Shown in pieces: positions 1 to 10,171 of a DNA stretch of 64,000 bases (positions within the stretch are counted from its first letter, which is position 1; each line of letters starts with the position of its first letter). This DNA comes from an uncultured bacterium (GTDB taxonomy: Bacteria; UBA8481), in the NCBI GenBank assembly GCA_964499705.1, contig CAZCME010000001.1, forward strand, positions 261,243 through 325,242. Direction: 5' to 3'. The notes beneath the pieces are model-generated. The model made no database searches, had not been told where the DNA came from, and worked only from the letters and a program-made list of their open reading frames with translations. The position numbers and the translations under genes were made by a program.

Positions 1-78
1 GCGCGGGCCCGGGCATCCGGGGTTGTGCATCGTGAATCCCGCAGTATACTTTTCCCGCCAATGAAGGAACTTGATGAA

Positions 79-1266
79 ATGACATGGGCATCGGCCGTCT
101 CGGATCTCGAGGATCTCACCGCGGCCTCCCTGGAATGCGCGCGCGATATTCTCGGCGACCTGGGCGGCCGCAAGCCCGATCTCGCCGTCCTCTTCATTTC
201 CAGCCATCACGCTCCCCATTTTCACGATGTCGCCGAAATGATCATGGACCGGATCTCCCCGCACGTTCTTCTGGGATGTTCCGCCGGAGGAGTCATCGGA
301 GGCGGGCATGAAGTCGAGCACCGGCCCGGACTCTCCATCACCGCGGCTCTTCTTCCGGGAGTCCAGCTTCATCCGTTTCATGTGGAGACTCCCCAGCTTC
401 CCGACCTCGATTCCAGCCCCCGCGCATGGGAAGAGCTTCTGGGCGTGGATGCGAAGGACGACCCGCAGTTTCTTGTCATGCCTGATCCGTTCACGTTCGA
501 TGCCGAAAGCTTTCTTACGGGGCTTGATTATGCTTTTTCAAGGAGCGCCAAAGTCGGAGGCCTGGCCAGTGCCGCGAGCCAGCCGGGTGAAAACGCTCTT
601 TTTCTGAACGATGAGATGTTCCACGAGGGGTGCGTGGGTCTGGCGATGACCGGCAATATCCGTGTCGACACCATTGTGGCGCAGGGCTGCCGTCCGGTGG
701 GCAGTCCCATGCGGATCACGAAATGTCACCGCAACCTGCTCATCCAGCTCGAGGGCAGGCCCCCGCTCGAAATTCTTCAGGACATGCATCAGACGCTTTC
801 GCCGCGCGACCGAGAGCTTTTCAATCATTCCCTTTTTCTCGGTATCGTCACCGACGAATTCAAGGACGACTACGAGGCCGGCGATTTTCTCGTCCGCAAC
901 ATCATCGGACTCGACAGGTCGGTGGGAACTCTCGCCGTCGGAGCGATGCTCCGGGAACGCCAGGTCGTACAGTTTCATCTGCGGGATGCGCTGACGTCGA
1001 CGGAAGATCTCCAGAGGCTCCTGGCGCGTCACGCGGAAGAATCCGCATCGGACCGTCCCCGCGGCGGTCTTCTCTTCTCGTGCCTCGGCAGGGGAATGTA
1101 TCTCTATGGCCAGGCCGATCACGACACGAATCTTTTTCGCGATTACCTCGGTGACGTGCCGCTGGGCGGTTTCTTCTGCAACGGCGAGATCGGACCGGTC
1201 GCGGGAGCAACATACCTGCACGGATATACAAGTTCGTTCGGACTGTTCAGGAGCAAAGAGGATTAG
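79..1266 (+). CDS. FIST domain (FIST_N + FIST_C) sensory protein
   Basis: Motifs LLGCSAGGVIG, VAQGCRPVG, DFLVRNIIG, FSCLGRG, GFFCNGEIGPV..TYLHGYTS. Start uncertain (25/61/79); 79 gives MTWASA after AAGGAA. Confidence 0.88.
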   Translation: MTWASAVSDLEDLTAASLECARDILGDLGGRKPDLAVLFISSHHAPHFHDVAEMIMDRISPHVLLGCSAGGVIGGGHEVEHRPGLSITAALLPGVQLHPFHVETPQLPDLDSSPRAWEELLGVDAKDDPQFLVMPDPFTFDAESFLTGLDYAFSRSAKVGGLASAASQPGENALFLNDEMFHEGCVGLAMTGNIRVDTIVAQGCRPVGSPMRITKCHRNLLIQLEGRPPLEILQDMHQTLSPRDRELFNHSLFLGIVTDEFKDDYEAGDFLVRNIIGLDRSVGTLAVGAMLRERQVVQFHLRDALTSTEDLQRLLARHAEESASDRPRGGLLFSCLGRGMYLYGQADHDTNLFRDYLGDVPLGGFFCNGEIGPVAGATYLHGYTSSFGLFRSKED

Positions 1267-1305
1267 AGAAAGACCTCATCCTTTTTCATGCATCCTTGAT
1301 CCTTC

Positions 1306-2307
1306 TCAATGTCCAAACGTATCGATCATCAGCCGGACATCGTCCGCCATCGGATAGAGGATCGGGCATGTGCATCCACGCCTGATGTACTCGTTCACCT
1401 TCGCGCGAGCCTGCTCCGGTGTTCCCGACGCTGAAATCCTGTCGACGAGATCGTCCGGGACATACTGCATCGCCTTCGAAACCTGTTCCTTCGTGCACGG
1501 CCAGCCCATGATCGACTGGACCTTGTCCAGAACGTCCTTCGGGCAGTTGGAGGCTTTCGCGATATGGGGTTGCTGCGCAAGATACTGTGTCAGCAGCCAC
1601 TTGGCGGCATGGCGGGCCTTGTTCTCGTCCTTGTCCACGGAGCAGACGATGAGCTGCGGCCGGTCGAGGTCCTGAAGGGTCCGCCCCGCCTTCTTCGCGC
1701 CTTTTTCCAGGAGCTCCATGGCCTTGTCGTTGTACTCGGGCGGCACGCAATAGTTGAGGACGGCTCCGTCGGAAATCTCGCCCGTCAGCTCCATCATCTT
1801 GTCTCCCGTCGCCCCGATCATGATCGGCACATGGCGCGGCTCGCGGCGGCCGTGGACGACGTCCAGCTCCACTTCGTTCAACTTGTGCCATCGTCCCTGG
1901 TGGGAGACGCGTTCCAGCTTCAGGAGCCTTTTCATCAGCATGACGGTTTCACGCATCGCTTCCACGGGGTGCGAGCGGTCGACGCCCACGTTTCTGGCGA
2001 GCGGATCCCACCAGGCTCCGATGCCGCAGATGACGCGATTCGGAGCGAGGTCGTCGAGCGTCAGGAACGTGGAGGCGAGAAGGCCGATGTTCCGGGTCCA
2101 GTTGTTGATGACGCCGGAACCTACTTTCATTGTCTTCGTCACCGCTCCGAACGCGGCCATCGGCACGATGGCGTCGCGGACAAGCCGTGACTCCGCCTGC
2201 CATACCGCTTCAAAGCCCTTCGATTCGGCATACTTCACATATTCGATTCCATCCTGCAAGGAATGCTTGTCCTGAAGATAAAGAGCCACGCGCTTGAGAT
2301 CTGACAT
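1306..2307 (-). CDS. LLM-class (luciferase-like/Mer-like) flavin- or F420-dependent oxidoreductase
   Basis: [55 protein letters not shown] upstream of ATG 2307. Confidence 0.85.
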   Translation of the reverse strand: MSDLKRVALYLQDKHSLQDGIEYVKYAESKGFEAVWQAESRLVRDAIVPMAAFGAVTKTMKVGSGVINNWTRNIGLLASTFLTLDDLAPNRVICGIGAWWDPLARNVGVDRSHPVEAMRETVMLMKRLLKLERVSHQGRWHKLNEVELDVVHGRREPRHVPIMIGATGDKMMELTGEISDGAVLNYCVPPEYNDKAMELLEKGAKKAGRTLQDLDRPQLIVCSVDKDENKARHAAKWLLTQYLAQQPHIAKASNCPKDVLDKVQSIMGWPCTKEQVSKAMQYVPDDLVDRISASGTPEQARAKVNEYIRRGCTCPILYPMADDVRLMIDTFGH

Positions 2308-2382
2308 TGTTTCCTCCTGATGGAACCATTCTAGATGCAATTTCCGCATGGTCAACCACGGGAGGAATGATAATAATCACGC

Positions 2383-2832
2383 ATGCAGACGATTCTCATC
2401 GCGCTCGCCCTGCTGCTCCTGGATTCTTCGCCGGTCGCGACCGGGAAGGCTTCCTACTATGCCCATGCCTTTGCCGGCCGCCGAACGGCGTCCGGCGAAC
2501 GATACCGGCCGGCGGACTTCACCGCGGCGCATCGAAGCTTTCCCTTCGGCACCCTGCTCCTCGTGACGAGGCTCGACACAAACGATTCCGTGATCGTCCG
2601 GGTGAACGATCGCGGACCGTTCGTCCGGGGCCGCATCGTCGATCTCTCCCGCGCCGCGGCGGACAGGCTGGATATGGTCCGGGCGGGCACGTGCCGGGTC
2701 TCCGTCAGGCGAATTCAGGAATCGTCCGTTTTGACCGACTCCGCGACGGAAGCGATCTTCCCGGAAGTCTTCACTTCCGATACTCCGGCGATCGCGGTTG
2801 TGTCCTGGCCGTCGGGAGAATCCCTTCGATAA
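2383..2832 (+). CDS. rlpA: Septal ring lytic transglycosylase RlpA family (DPBB domain)
   Basis: GKASYY..GRRTASGE, TAAHRSFPFGT, VRVNDRGPF, RIVDLSRAAA; N-terminal signal peptide. Confidence 0.9.
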   Translation: MQTILIALALLLLDSSPVATGKASYYAHAFAGRRTASGERYRPADFTAAHRSFPFGTLLLVTRLDTNDSVIVRVNDRGPFVRGRIVDLSRAAADRLDMVRAGTCRVSVRRIQESSVLTDSATEAIFPEVFTSDTPAIAVVSWPSGESLR

Positions 2833-2839
2833 TCGCGGC

Positions 2840-5005
2840 TCAGCCGACGGTGGGAGCCAGCCTGTGAGGGATGAAGCGGGTGTTGACGTAATGGATCCTG
2901 TCGGTCGCGAGAATCCCATCCATCAGGATCTTCATCGTGTAATAGGGATTGAGGTCGATGACATCGCCGTCCTTGCCGCCGATCCGGAGCACCGTGTAGA
3001 TGCCCGCGGTTTCCGTCATGAATTCCACTTCCGCCAGCCTTGAGATGTACGTGTCTCTCTGGAGAATGGGATCGACGACGAGATAATATTCCTCCCCCTT
3101 CATGCGGCCCCACATCCGCCGCTGGCTCTCGATGATGTCGACGAAGAATCCGTCCGTCTTCCGGTCCCGCGTCCACGACGCCAGAGATCCGAACCAGGAC
3201 GGCTTTTCGATGAAGGGGCCGCCGTACTCCGGGCAGAAGGTATCGCAGTTCGCGCACTCGTTGCAGAAGTCGACGAAGTTGGCGAGCTGGTGATCTTTCT
3301 TCACCTCCAGGATGGAAGCCGCGTCGACGAGCTTCCATCCGCCCGCGATGAGAACCGGGTTGCGGTATTCGATGCGTTGCGGCGTGAGTGAATAGACGAA
3401 GTTCGCGTCGTTCGGACAGACGGGAACGCATTTATCGCAGTTGATGCAGTCGAAAATCCGGAGCGTGCTTTCGATCCTGTTGGGCGATTTCGCGTTCTTC
3501 GCCTGGGAGTAATACGGATCCTCCATCGCGCCCGCCACGAGTTCGGGCGTGTTCAGCACCCCGGCCCAGGCCGCGAGCAGTTCCGGCAGCCGGCGGATGA
3601 ACTTGGCGCCGTCCTCCGCCATGCCGACGGTCATTTCCTCCGCGCGTTCCCGCAAGGGCGCGGATTTGTCCAACGCGCCGGACAGGAACGCATCGATCTC
3701 GTCGCGGAACGCGGAGTACAGCGCCTCGCGCGCGAGGTCGCTCTTGACACGGGATACGGCCTCCGCGGCATGCCCTCGCGCATGGAGGATGAAGTCCGGG
3801 AGCTCGGCGACGTCCAGCGCCTTCATTTTCTTGCCGAGCTCGTCGAAATACGGCTTCATGCGGGCGTAGCCCTGGGGCCGCAGGAGGTCCGTGCAGACCG
3901 TGATGGGCACGAAGTTCATCGCGACCGCGTCGGCGAAGTTTTTCCTGTCGATGCCCGCCGAAAAGCTCATCGGAAATTCGATCCCGACTTTCTCCCTTAG
4001 CCTTTCCGCGAGCCGGATGGCGATGACATAGAGCGGTTGGCCGGACGTGTAGACCGTTTCGCCGGGAAGGCGCTTCTTCGAGTTGATGGTCTCCAGCGTG
4101 TTGGTCAGCTTGACGCCGACCGAAAGCCCGCGCGCACGGCCGGTGGACTGGAGCCGCCGCACCATGTCGACGGCCTCGTCCATCGCCAGCCCCGACGTGA
4201 AGGCTCCCGGATTGACGATGAGGTCGTAGCCGAGCTTCCTGTTGAAGATGTCCTCGAGCTCTTCCTTCGCGAGCTGGGTCGGGTTCAGCTTGATGATGCA
4301 GTCGAGCCCGATATCCGCCAGAAGATGATGCACGATCTTCTCGATCTCGTCGGCAGGGCAGCCGTGAAAGGTCGAGAGAGTGAGCGTCCGCGAAATCCGG
4401 GAAGGGAAGGGATAGTCGCGGTACTTCGCGAACTCGTCGGGGATGTCCTTCCGGAGCGTGTCGATCGTCCTCGTGGCGTCCATCATGGAGCGGATGAAGT
4501 TCGTGACCGGAGGCTGGCGGATGCCGTCGAGATTGTACCCGACCGACATGTCGAAAATGGTTTTCGTGAAGATATCCGGAACTTCGCCGAGAATCTTCTC
4601 CGCCTTCAGAATCTCGATGATCATCCACGCCTTCACATACTCCCGCAGCGAATGCTCGATCCGCAGCTCCTGGGAGAATTCCACGTTGAATCCGATGTTC
4701 TCCACGTCGATGCAGGGGCGGGGAATGGAGAGCCGATCGTCGATCTGGATGGTCTTCAATTCCATGATCCGCGAACCGACGAGCCAGGAGAGCACGATGT
4801 TCTGGGCGAGCTGGGTGTGGGGGCCGGCAGCGGGACCGGCCGGAGTGCCCGCGCGGCGGTCATGGAACCGGACCCACGTCTGTTTTCCCGCCAGCCCCCT
4901 GTAGAAACTCTTCTCCGGAAGATCGAAGATGCTCCGCGACGTCATCCACTCATAGTGAATCCGACGAAGCAGATACGTAAGAGAAACAGGATGCAGTTCG
5001 GCCAT
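2840..5005 (-). CDS. YgfK-like oxidoreductase (DHODH-like N-domain + 2x[4Fe-4S]), lacking the central FAD/NAD(P) domain
   Basis: GPAAGPHTQLAQN, ELKTIQ, RPCID, TLSTFHGCP, KLNPT, KLTNT, TVCTDLL; C-terminal CINCDKCVPVCP and CNECANCDTFCP. Confidence 0.8.
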   Translation of the reverse strand: MAELHPVSLTYLLRRIHYEWMTSRSIFDLPEKSFYRGLAGKQTWVRFHDRRAGTPAGPAAGPHTQLAQNIVLSWLVGSRIMELKTIQIDDRLSIPRPCIDVENIGFNVEFSQELRIEHSLREYVKAWMIIEILKAEKILGEVPDIFTKTIFDMSVGYNLDGIRQPPVTNFIRSMMDATRTIDTLRKDIPDEFAKYRDYPFPSRISRTLTLSTFHGCPADEIEKIVHHLLADIGLDCIIKLNPTQLAKEELEDIFNRKLGYDLIVNPGAFTSGLAMDEAVDMVRRLQSTGRARGLSVGVKLTNTLETINSKKRLPGETVYTSGQPLYVIAIRLAERLREKVGIEFPMSFSAGIDRKNFADAVAMNFVPITVCTDLLRPQGYARMKPYFDELGKKMKALDVAELPDFILHARGHAAEAVSRVKSDLAREALYSAFRDEIDAFLSGALDKSAPLRERAEEMTVGMAEDGAKFIRRLPELLAAWAGVLNTPELVAGAMEDPYYSQAKNAKSPNRIESTLRIFDCINCDKCVPVCPNDANFVYSLTPQRIEYRNPVLIAGGWKLVDAASILEVKKDHQLANFVDFCNECANCDTFCPEYGGPFIEKPSWFGSLASWTRDRKTDGFFVDIIESQRRMWGRMKGEEYYLVVDPILQRDTYISRLAEVEFMTETAGIYTVLRIGGKDGDVIDLNPYYTMKILMDGILATDRIHYVNTRFIPHRLAPTVG

Positions 5006-5108
5006 GGCGGGATGTTAAAGGATGCAGGATGAAATTTGAAGGCTGATGTACCGGGTAATTCATCCTTCCACTCTTGACACCTTTCGCGTCCTCTTTATCA
5101 TGAATTCC

Positions 5109-5666
5109 ATGGTAACCATGAATGAGTTCAGGCGCGGCATGTGCCTGAAAATAAGCGGCAAGCTGTTGAGAATCGTGGAATTTCAACACGTCAATCCGGG
5201 CAACTGGCGTTCCTTCACGCGCACGAAGATGAAGGATCTGTCCTCCGGCAAGATCTTCGAGGAGTCGTTCCGGGAGAATGAGCAGTTCGAAGAGGCGCGC
5301 ATCGACGGCGCGGAGATGCAGCTCCTCTATTCCGATGTGAACGGGTATCACTTCATGAATCAGGAGACGTTCGACCAGGTGACGCTTTCCAAGGACGATC
5401 TCGGCGACGCCGTCAAGTATCTGAAGGATAACGACATCATCAAGGTGGATTTCTATAATTCCAAGCCGATCGGCATCGATCTGCCCGCGTCGGTGACGTT
5501 GAAGGTCACGGAGACGGAACCGGGAGTCAAGGGCAATACCGCGCAAGGCGCGACGAAGCTCGCGAAGCTGGAAACCGGGCTTGTCGTGAACGTCCCGCTT
5601 TTTATCAACGAGGGCGAAAATCTGAAGGTCGATACCCGCACCGGCGAATTTCTCAGCCGAGCCTGA
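5109..5666 (+). CDS. efp: Translation elongation factor P
   Basis: 185 aa; TEPGVKGNTA, KLAKLETG, VNVPLFINEGE, KVDTRTGEF. Loop reads HVNPGNWR. Confidence 0.95.
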   Translation: MVTMNEFRRGMCLKISGKLLRIVEFQHVNPGNWRSFTRTKMKDLSSGKIFEESFRENEQFEEARIDGAEMQLLYSDVNGYHFMNQETFDQVTLSKDDLGDAVKYLKDNDIIKVDFYNSKPIGIDLPASVTLKVTETEPGVKGNTAQGATKLAKLETGLVVNVPLFINEGENLKVDTRTGEFLSRA

Positions 5667-5684
5667 TCCTGGATCCCGGGCCAC

Positions 5685-6914
5685 ATGACCGTTAAGAAAT
5701 TCTCGCTCCGTTGCATCGCCTGCGGCGGCGCGGCTCCCGCCGAGCCCCGAACCTATGTCTGCCCGTCGTGCGGGGGCAACTGCGAAGTCGTCATGCCCGA
5801 CCCTGGTTGGACTCGCGCGGACCTCGGGAAGGACCAGGGAGGGTGCCGGCGAGGCGGGATCGCGCGCTATGTCTCGATGCTGCCGCTCCAATCCGCCGAT
5901 TCGCTTCCCCCTCTCCAGGTCGGCCCGACGCCGTTCATACCTTCGCCGAAGCTGGCTCAGGAACTCGGCATAGGCAGGCTTTTTATCAAGGATGACGGTC
6001 GCCTTCCCTCGGGTTCCTTCAAGGATCGCGCCTCGGCCGTCGCCCTGGCGCGGGCGAAGGAGATCGGAGCGATGGAAATCTGCGGCGCCTCGACCGGGAA
6101 CGCCGCGGCGGCGACCGCCTGCCTGGGCGCTTCCATGGGAATCTATCCCAGCATTTTCGTCCCGAAGACCGCGCCCCGCGCCAAGATCGCGCAGCTGGTG
6201 ACTTTCGGAGCGCGCGTCTTTCTCGTCGACGGCAATTATGACGCCGCATGCGATCTCGCTCTTGAGGCGACCCATGCCTTCGGCTGGTACAACCGCAATA
6301 CAGGGTTCAATCCGTACACGCGGGAAGGGAAGAAGACCGTCAGCTACGAGATCCTGGAGGACATGTCATGGTCCGTACCCGACTGGGTCATCGTCTCCGT
6401 CGGCGACGGCAACATCATCTCGGGCGTCTGGAAAGGTTTCAGGGAGATGCGCGAATGGGGATTCGTCGATCGCGCGCCGAAGCTGATCGCCGCGCAATCG
6501 GAGAATTCCCGCTCCGTGTCGGATGCGATTCTGGGCGACGGTGTCATCCGCCCGGTGCGGGCGACCACCATCGCCGATTCCATCTCCGTCGATCTTCCCC
6601 GCGACGGCCTTGCCGCCGTCAAGGCGGTGCGCGAAAGCGCCGGCCGCCCCGTCGTCGTTTCCGACCGCGAAATTCTCGATGCGCAGAAATATCTCGCCCG
6701 CAACGCGGGAGTCTTCACCGAGCCCGCCGGCGCCTGCGCTGTCGCCGCGCTCTGCAAGGCCGCGAGCGAGGGGATTATCGGCGCGGGCGAAACGGTCGTG
6801 GTCATTACGACGGGCAACGGTTTGAAGGATGTTGATTCCGTACTCCGCGGTCTGCCGGAGCTGCCGCTCGTGAAGCCGGATATCGAATCGCTGAAAGCGG
6901 CATTGAAGCGATGA
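5685..6914 (+). CDS. thrC: Threonine synthase-like PLP enzyme (fold type II)
   Basis: N-terminal CxxC..CxxC, PSGSFKDR (PLP Lys), ASTGNA, EGKKT, SVGDGN, EPAGA, TGNGLKD. Confidence 0.8.
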   Translation: MTVKKFSLRCIACGGAAPAEPRTYVCPSCGGNCEVVMPDPGWTRADLGKDQGGCRRGGIARYVSMLPLQSADSLPPLQVGPTPFIPSPKLAQELGIGRLFIKDDGRLPSGSFKDRASAVALARAKEIGAMEICGASTGNAAAATACLGASMGIYPSIFVPKTAPRAKIAQLVTFGARVFLVDGNYDAACDLALEATHAFGWYNRNTGFNPYTREGKKTVSYEILEDMSWSVPDWVIVSVGDGNIISGVWKGFREMREWGFVDRAPKLIAAQSENSRSVSDAILGDGVIRPVRATTIADSISVDLPRDGLAAVKAVRESAGRPVVVSDREILDAQKYLARNAGVFTEPAGACAVAALCKAASEGIIGAGETVVVITTGNGLKDVDSVLRGLPELPLVKPDIESLKAALKR

Positions 6915-6976
6915 GGAACGATGTTTTTCCTCCATCCTGATTCCTTCTCGCGGAAACCCGTCCTCCTCCCCCCATC

Positions 6977-7834
6977 ATGAACGACGCCGAGCTCCTCGCG
7001 GAAGTGAACCGCCTTCTTTCCCTCGGCCAGCGCGTGGTCATGGCCACCGTCGTCCGCACGCAGGGCTCGACACCCCGCAAGGCCGGTGCCAAGATGATCG
7101 TCCGGGAAGACGGTTCCTGCGCGGGCACGATCTGCGGAGGATGTGTCGAGGCGGAGGTGTACGCGAAAGCGAAGGAATTATTCCGGAAGCCGCGACCGAT
7201 CGTCATGCCGTTCTCCCTGAACGACGATGCCGCCGCGGAATACGGGCTCCGCTGCGGCGGCGTCATGGAGGTTTACGTGGAGAGGATTCTGCCGAAGTTT
7301 CAGCTCTGGATCTGCGGCGCGGGGCACATCGGCCAGGCCCTGGCTTCGATCGTCTCGAAGCTGAACTTCGACGTGCATGTCATCGATGACCATCCGGGAT
7401 TCGCCAACGAGGATCATTTTCCGTCGTGCGGAATTCACGTCGCGGAATTCGATCGCGCGGCGACGCTGGTGCCGCAGGGAAGCCATGTCTGCGTCGTCAT
7501 CGCGACGCGCGGGCACAAGCAGGATGCGGATGTCTTCCATGCGCTCGTGAATCACAACCTCGGCTATTTCGGGCTCGTCGCGTCGTGGAAACGCCTCGTG
7601 GATTTCTATAAGCCGCTCCTCTCCGCCGGAATACCCGTGGATCGTCTCCGGAAGATCGCGGCTCCCGTCGGACTCGACATCGGATCCGAATCCCCCGAGG
7701 AGATTGCCGTCGCGATCGCGGCGGAGATCCTGGCCGCGATGAAGGGCGGAAAAGGCGAATCCCTGGCGAAACAATTCTGGGATTCACCCGCGGCGAAAAA
7801 GCTGCCCGAGCTCGCGGCCGGCCTGCAGGAGTGA
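6977..7834 (+). CDS. XdhC/CoxI family molybdenum hydroxylase accessory protein
   Basis: GSTPRKAGAKM, GTICGGCVEAEV, CGG, GAGHIG, TRGHKQD, APVGLDIGSESPEEIAVAIAAEI. Confidence 0.92.
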   Translation: MNDAELLAEVNRLLSLGQRVVMATVVRTQGSTPRKAGAKMIVREDGSCAGTICGGCVEAEVYAKAKELFRKPRPIVMPFSLNDDAAAEYGLRCGGVMEVYVERILPKFQLWICGAGHIGQALASIVSKLNFDVHVIDDHPGFANEDHFPSCGIHVAEFDRAATLVPQGSHVCVVIATRGHKQDADVFHALVNHNLGYFGLVASWKRLVDFYKPLLSAGIPVDRLRKIAAPVGLDIGSESPEEIAVAIAAEILAAMKGGKGESLAKQFWDSPAAKKLPELAAGLQE

Positions 7835-8109
7835 TGGGCGAAATCCGGAAACGCATCATCGTAAAGGGCATCGTCCAGGGCGTGGGCTTTAGATTCTTCG
7901 CGCGCCGCCAAGCGGAACGGCTCGGGATCCGGGGTTTCGTCGCGAACCAGAGCGACGGGTCGGTTCTTGTGGAGGCGGAGGGTTCCGCCGCGCAGGTTCG
8001 CGACTTTATCGGGCGTCTCAAGGAAGGGCCGTCCGCCGGGCTCGTGGAAGACATTCAAACCGAAGCCCTGACCGTGCGGGGCGAAACATCGTTCTCCATT
8101 CAGGCATGA
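7834..8109 (+). CDS. acyP: Acylphosphatase
   Basis: VKGIVQGVGFRFF, GFVANQSDGSV, GP; start overlaps the XdhC stop. Confidence 0.93.
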   Translation: MGEIRKRIIVKGIVQGVGFRFFARRQAERLGIRGFVANQSDGSVLVEAEGSAAQVRDFIGRLKEGPSAGLVEDIQTEALTVRGETSFSIQA

Positions 8110-8258
8110 ACTCTTCGCTCGTCAATCGCCCCGCACCTTGGTTTTCACTCAAAATCGATCCTGCCCATCCTGTTACTATTTCTTGATGGGGAATTTCTGT
8201 CCTTCATACTTCATACTTCATCCTTCCCGCTCTTTCCCCTATACTGCCACGTAGACTG

Positions 8259-9518
8259 ATGGCGAAGGCGAAAAAAGCTTCATCGGGCGCGACGCCCCTG
8301 AACGGAGTTCACTCCGACATCCGGAAGAAGGTACTCGCGGTGGCTCGCGACGGCCGCATCGACGCCGAGAAGCTCTTCGACATATCGAGCGGCCTCGAGA
8401 CGGATCCCGCCGACATGGCCACGCTGGCGACCGCGCTGGAGGAATCCGGGGTCGCGGTCGTCGACGAGGCGGTCGTCGAAGCCGTCGCGATCGAGGATGC
8501 CCCGGAACCCAAGCACGCGGAACTCGATCCGCTCCAGATCTACATCATGGAGATCTCCCGGACGCCCCTGATCGACGGCAAGACGGAGTTGAAGCTGGGG
8601 AAGGAGATCACGGACAGTCTCTTGAAGATCGGCGCCCTCGTTAAAAAGTCGGGGCTCCCGGCCGCAGAGATCGAAAAATACCTGCCGGTTCCGGGTTCGC
8701 CGCCGCCGCCGCCGCTGAAGGGCCACGACCGCAGGACGCTGGCGAAGCAGGCGAAGGAAATGGCGGAGGCGAAGAACAAGTTCGCGGAAGCCCAGCGCAC
8801 GCTCATCGAGGCCAATCTGCGCCTCGTCGTCTCGATCGCGAAGCGCTACGTCTATCACGGGCTCCACCTGCTCGATCTCATCAACGAAGGCAACCTCGGG
8901 CTCATCCGCGCCGTGGAGCGATTCGACTACAAGCGCGGCTTCAAGTTTTCCACGTACGCATCGTGGTGGATACGCCAGTCGATCCGCCGCGCGATCGCGG
9001 ACCAGGGCCGGATCATCCGCGTTCCCGTCCACATGTCGGACTCCATCAATCGCTGGATCAAATCGTCGAGAAGCCTCTCGCAGAAACTGGGCCGGGAGCC
9101 GTCGATCAGCGAGACGGCGCACGACATGGGGATCCCCGAGCCCAAGCTCCTGGAGATCATGAAGGTCTCGCAGGAACCGTCCTCTCTGGAAGCGCCAATC
9201 ATGACCGCCCAGGATTCCTCCCTTGTCGAGCTCGTCGAGGACACCTTCGCCCCTTCGCCCTACAAGACCGTCCTTTCGCTCGCCTTCTCCGAGCATCTTC
9301 AGAAAATGCTCTCGACGCTCCAGGACAAGGAACGCCGCATCCTGGAGCTCCGCTTCGGGCTCCATGGAAACAACGAGCACACTCTGGAGGAAGTCGGCAA
9401 TCTTCTCGGCATCACCCGGGAGCGCGTGCGCCAGCTCGAACTGCGCGCCCTCAAGAAACTGCGGCATCTCCGCTTGGCTGAAGAACTCTTCAGCATGATG
9501 ACGGAGATGCGCGGGTAA
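8259..9518 (+). CDS. Sigma-70 family RNA polymerase sigma factor (RpoD/RpoS-like, probably non-primary)
   Basis: DPLQIYIMEI (1.2), LIEANLRLVVSIAKRY, DLINEGNLGLIRAVERFD, KFSTYASWWIRQ, TLEEVG..ITRERVRQLE (4.2). Confidence 0.93.
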   Translation: MAKAKKASSGATPLNGVHSDIRKKVLAVARDGRIDAEKLFDISSGLETDPADMATLATALEESGVAVVDEAVVEAVAIEDAPEPKHAELDPLQIYIMEISRTPLIDGKTELKLGKEITDSLLKIGALVKKSGLPAAEIEKYLPVPGSPPPPPLKGHDRRTLAKQAKEMAEAKNKFAEAQRTLIEANLRLVVSIAKRYVYHGLHLLDLINEGNLGLIRAVERFDYKRGFKFSTYASWWIRQSIRRAIADQGRIIRVPVHMSDSINRWIKSSRSLSQKLGREPSISETAHDMGIPEPKLLEIMKVSQEPSSLEAPIMTAQDSSLVELVEDTFAPSPYKTVLSLAFSEHLQKMLSTLQDKERRILELRFGLHGNNEHTLEEVGNLLGITRERVRQLELRALKKLRHLRLAEELFSMMTEMRG

Positions 9519-10171
9519 TGGCCGACGACCTGCTCTTTCAGGAAAACGCCGTCATCTATTTCGAACGCGATCCTTCCGGATCGATTTTTCTCATCCGCGC
9601 GGGCAAGGTGGAGCTGACTTACGAGATTCCCGGCAGCGCTCCGCGCGTCCTCGGGCCGGGCGAAATCCTGGGGCTCGCGGATTCCCTCGGCGAGCACGCC
9701 CGGATCGAGACCGCGCGCGCGATGACCGATGTGACCGCCAGCAAGATCTCCGTGGAAGAACTCCGCTTCATGCTGACGAACAACGTGCAGATCGGATTGA
9801 AGGTCGTGACGTCGCTCTGCGGGGAGCTCCGCATGCTCGACGAGATGATCGTCACGCGAATGCGCGGCGGAGACACCGACGCCTACGGCAAGGGAGTCGG
9901 GCTGAAGATGATCGCGGAGCACTTCAAGCAGAAGGGCATGAATCGCGCGGCGCGTTACGCCTACGGGAAATACCTCGACACGGATCCGGACCCGATGGAC
10001 GCTCTCGACGGCGCGCTTCAGCTCGGATCCCTGTGCGAGCGCGACGCGGAGATCCAGCTCGCGATGGAGATCTACGAGATGCTCGCGCGCGAATTCGCAT
10101 CCGATCCGCGCCCGAAGCTGGCCCTGACACGCGTCCGGCAGGTGCTCGATACGTTCGGCGACCGGATATGA
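9518..10171 (+). CDS. Cyclic-nucleotide-binding-like domain protein with C-terminal TPR-like helices
   Basis: IYFERDPSGSIFLIRAGKVEL, LGPGEILG, RIETARA; TAATG overlap with the sigma gene. Confidence 0.75.
   Translation: MADDLLFQENAVIYFERDPSGSIFLIRAGKVELTYEIPGSAPRVLGPGEILGLADSLGEHARIETARAMTDVTASKISVEELRFMLTNNVQIGLKVVTSLCGELRMLDEMIVTRMRGGDTDAYGKGVGLKMIAEHFKQKGMNRAARYAYGKYLDTDPDPMDALDGALQLGSLCERDAEIQLAMEIYEMLAREFASDPRPKLALTRVRQVLDTFGDRI

Noticed and set aside
8200-8226. Short tandem repeats as a CRISPR array
   Set aside because: 7-bp units without unique spacers and no cas genes; the same applies to the 63-kb repeat.
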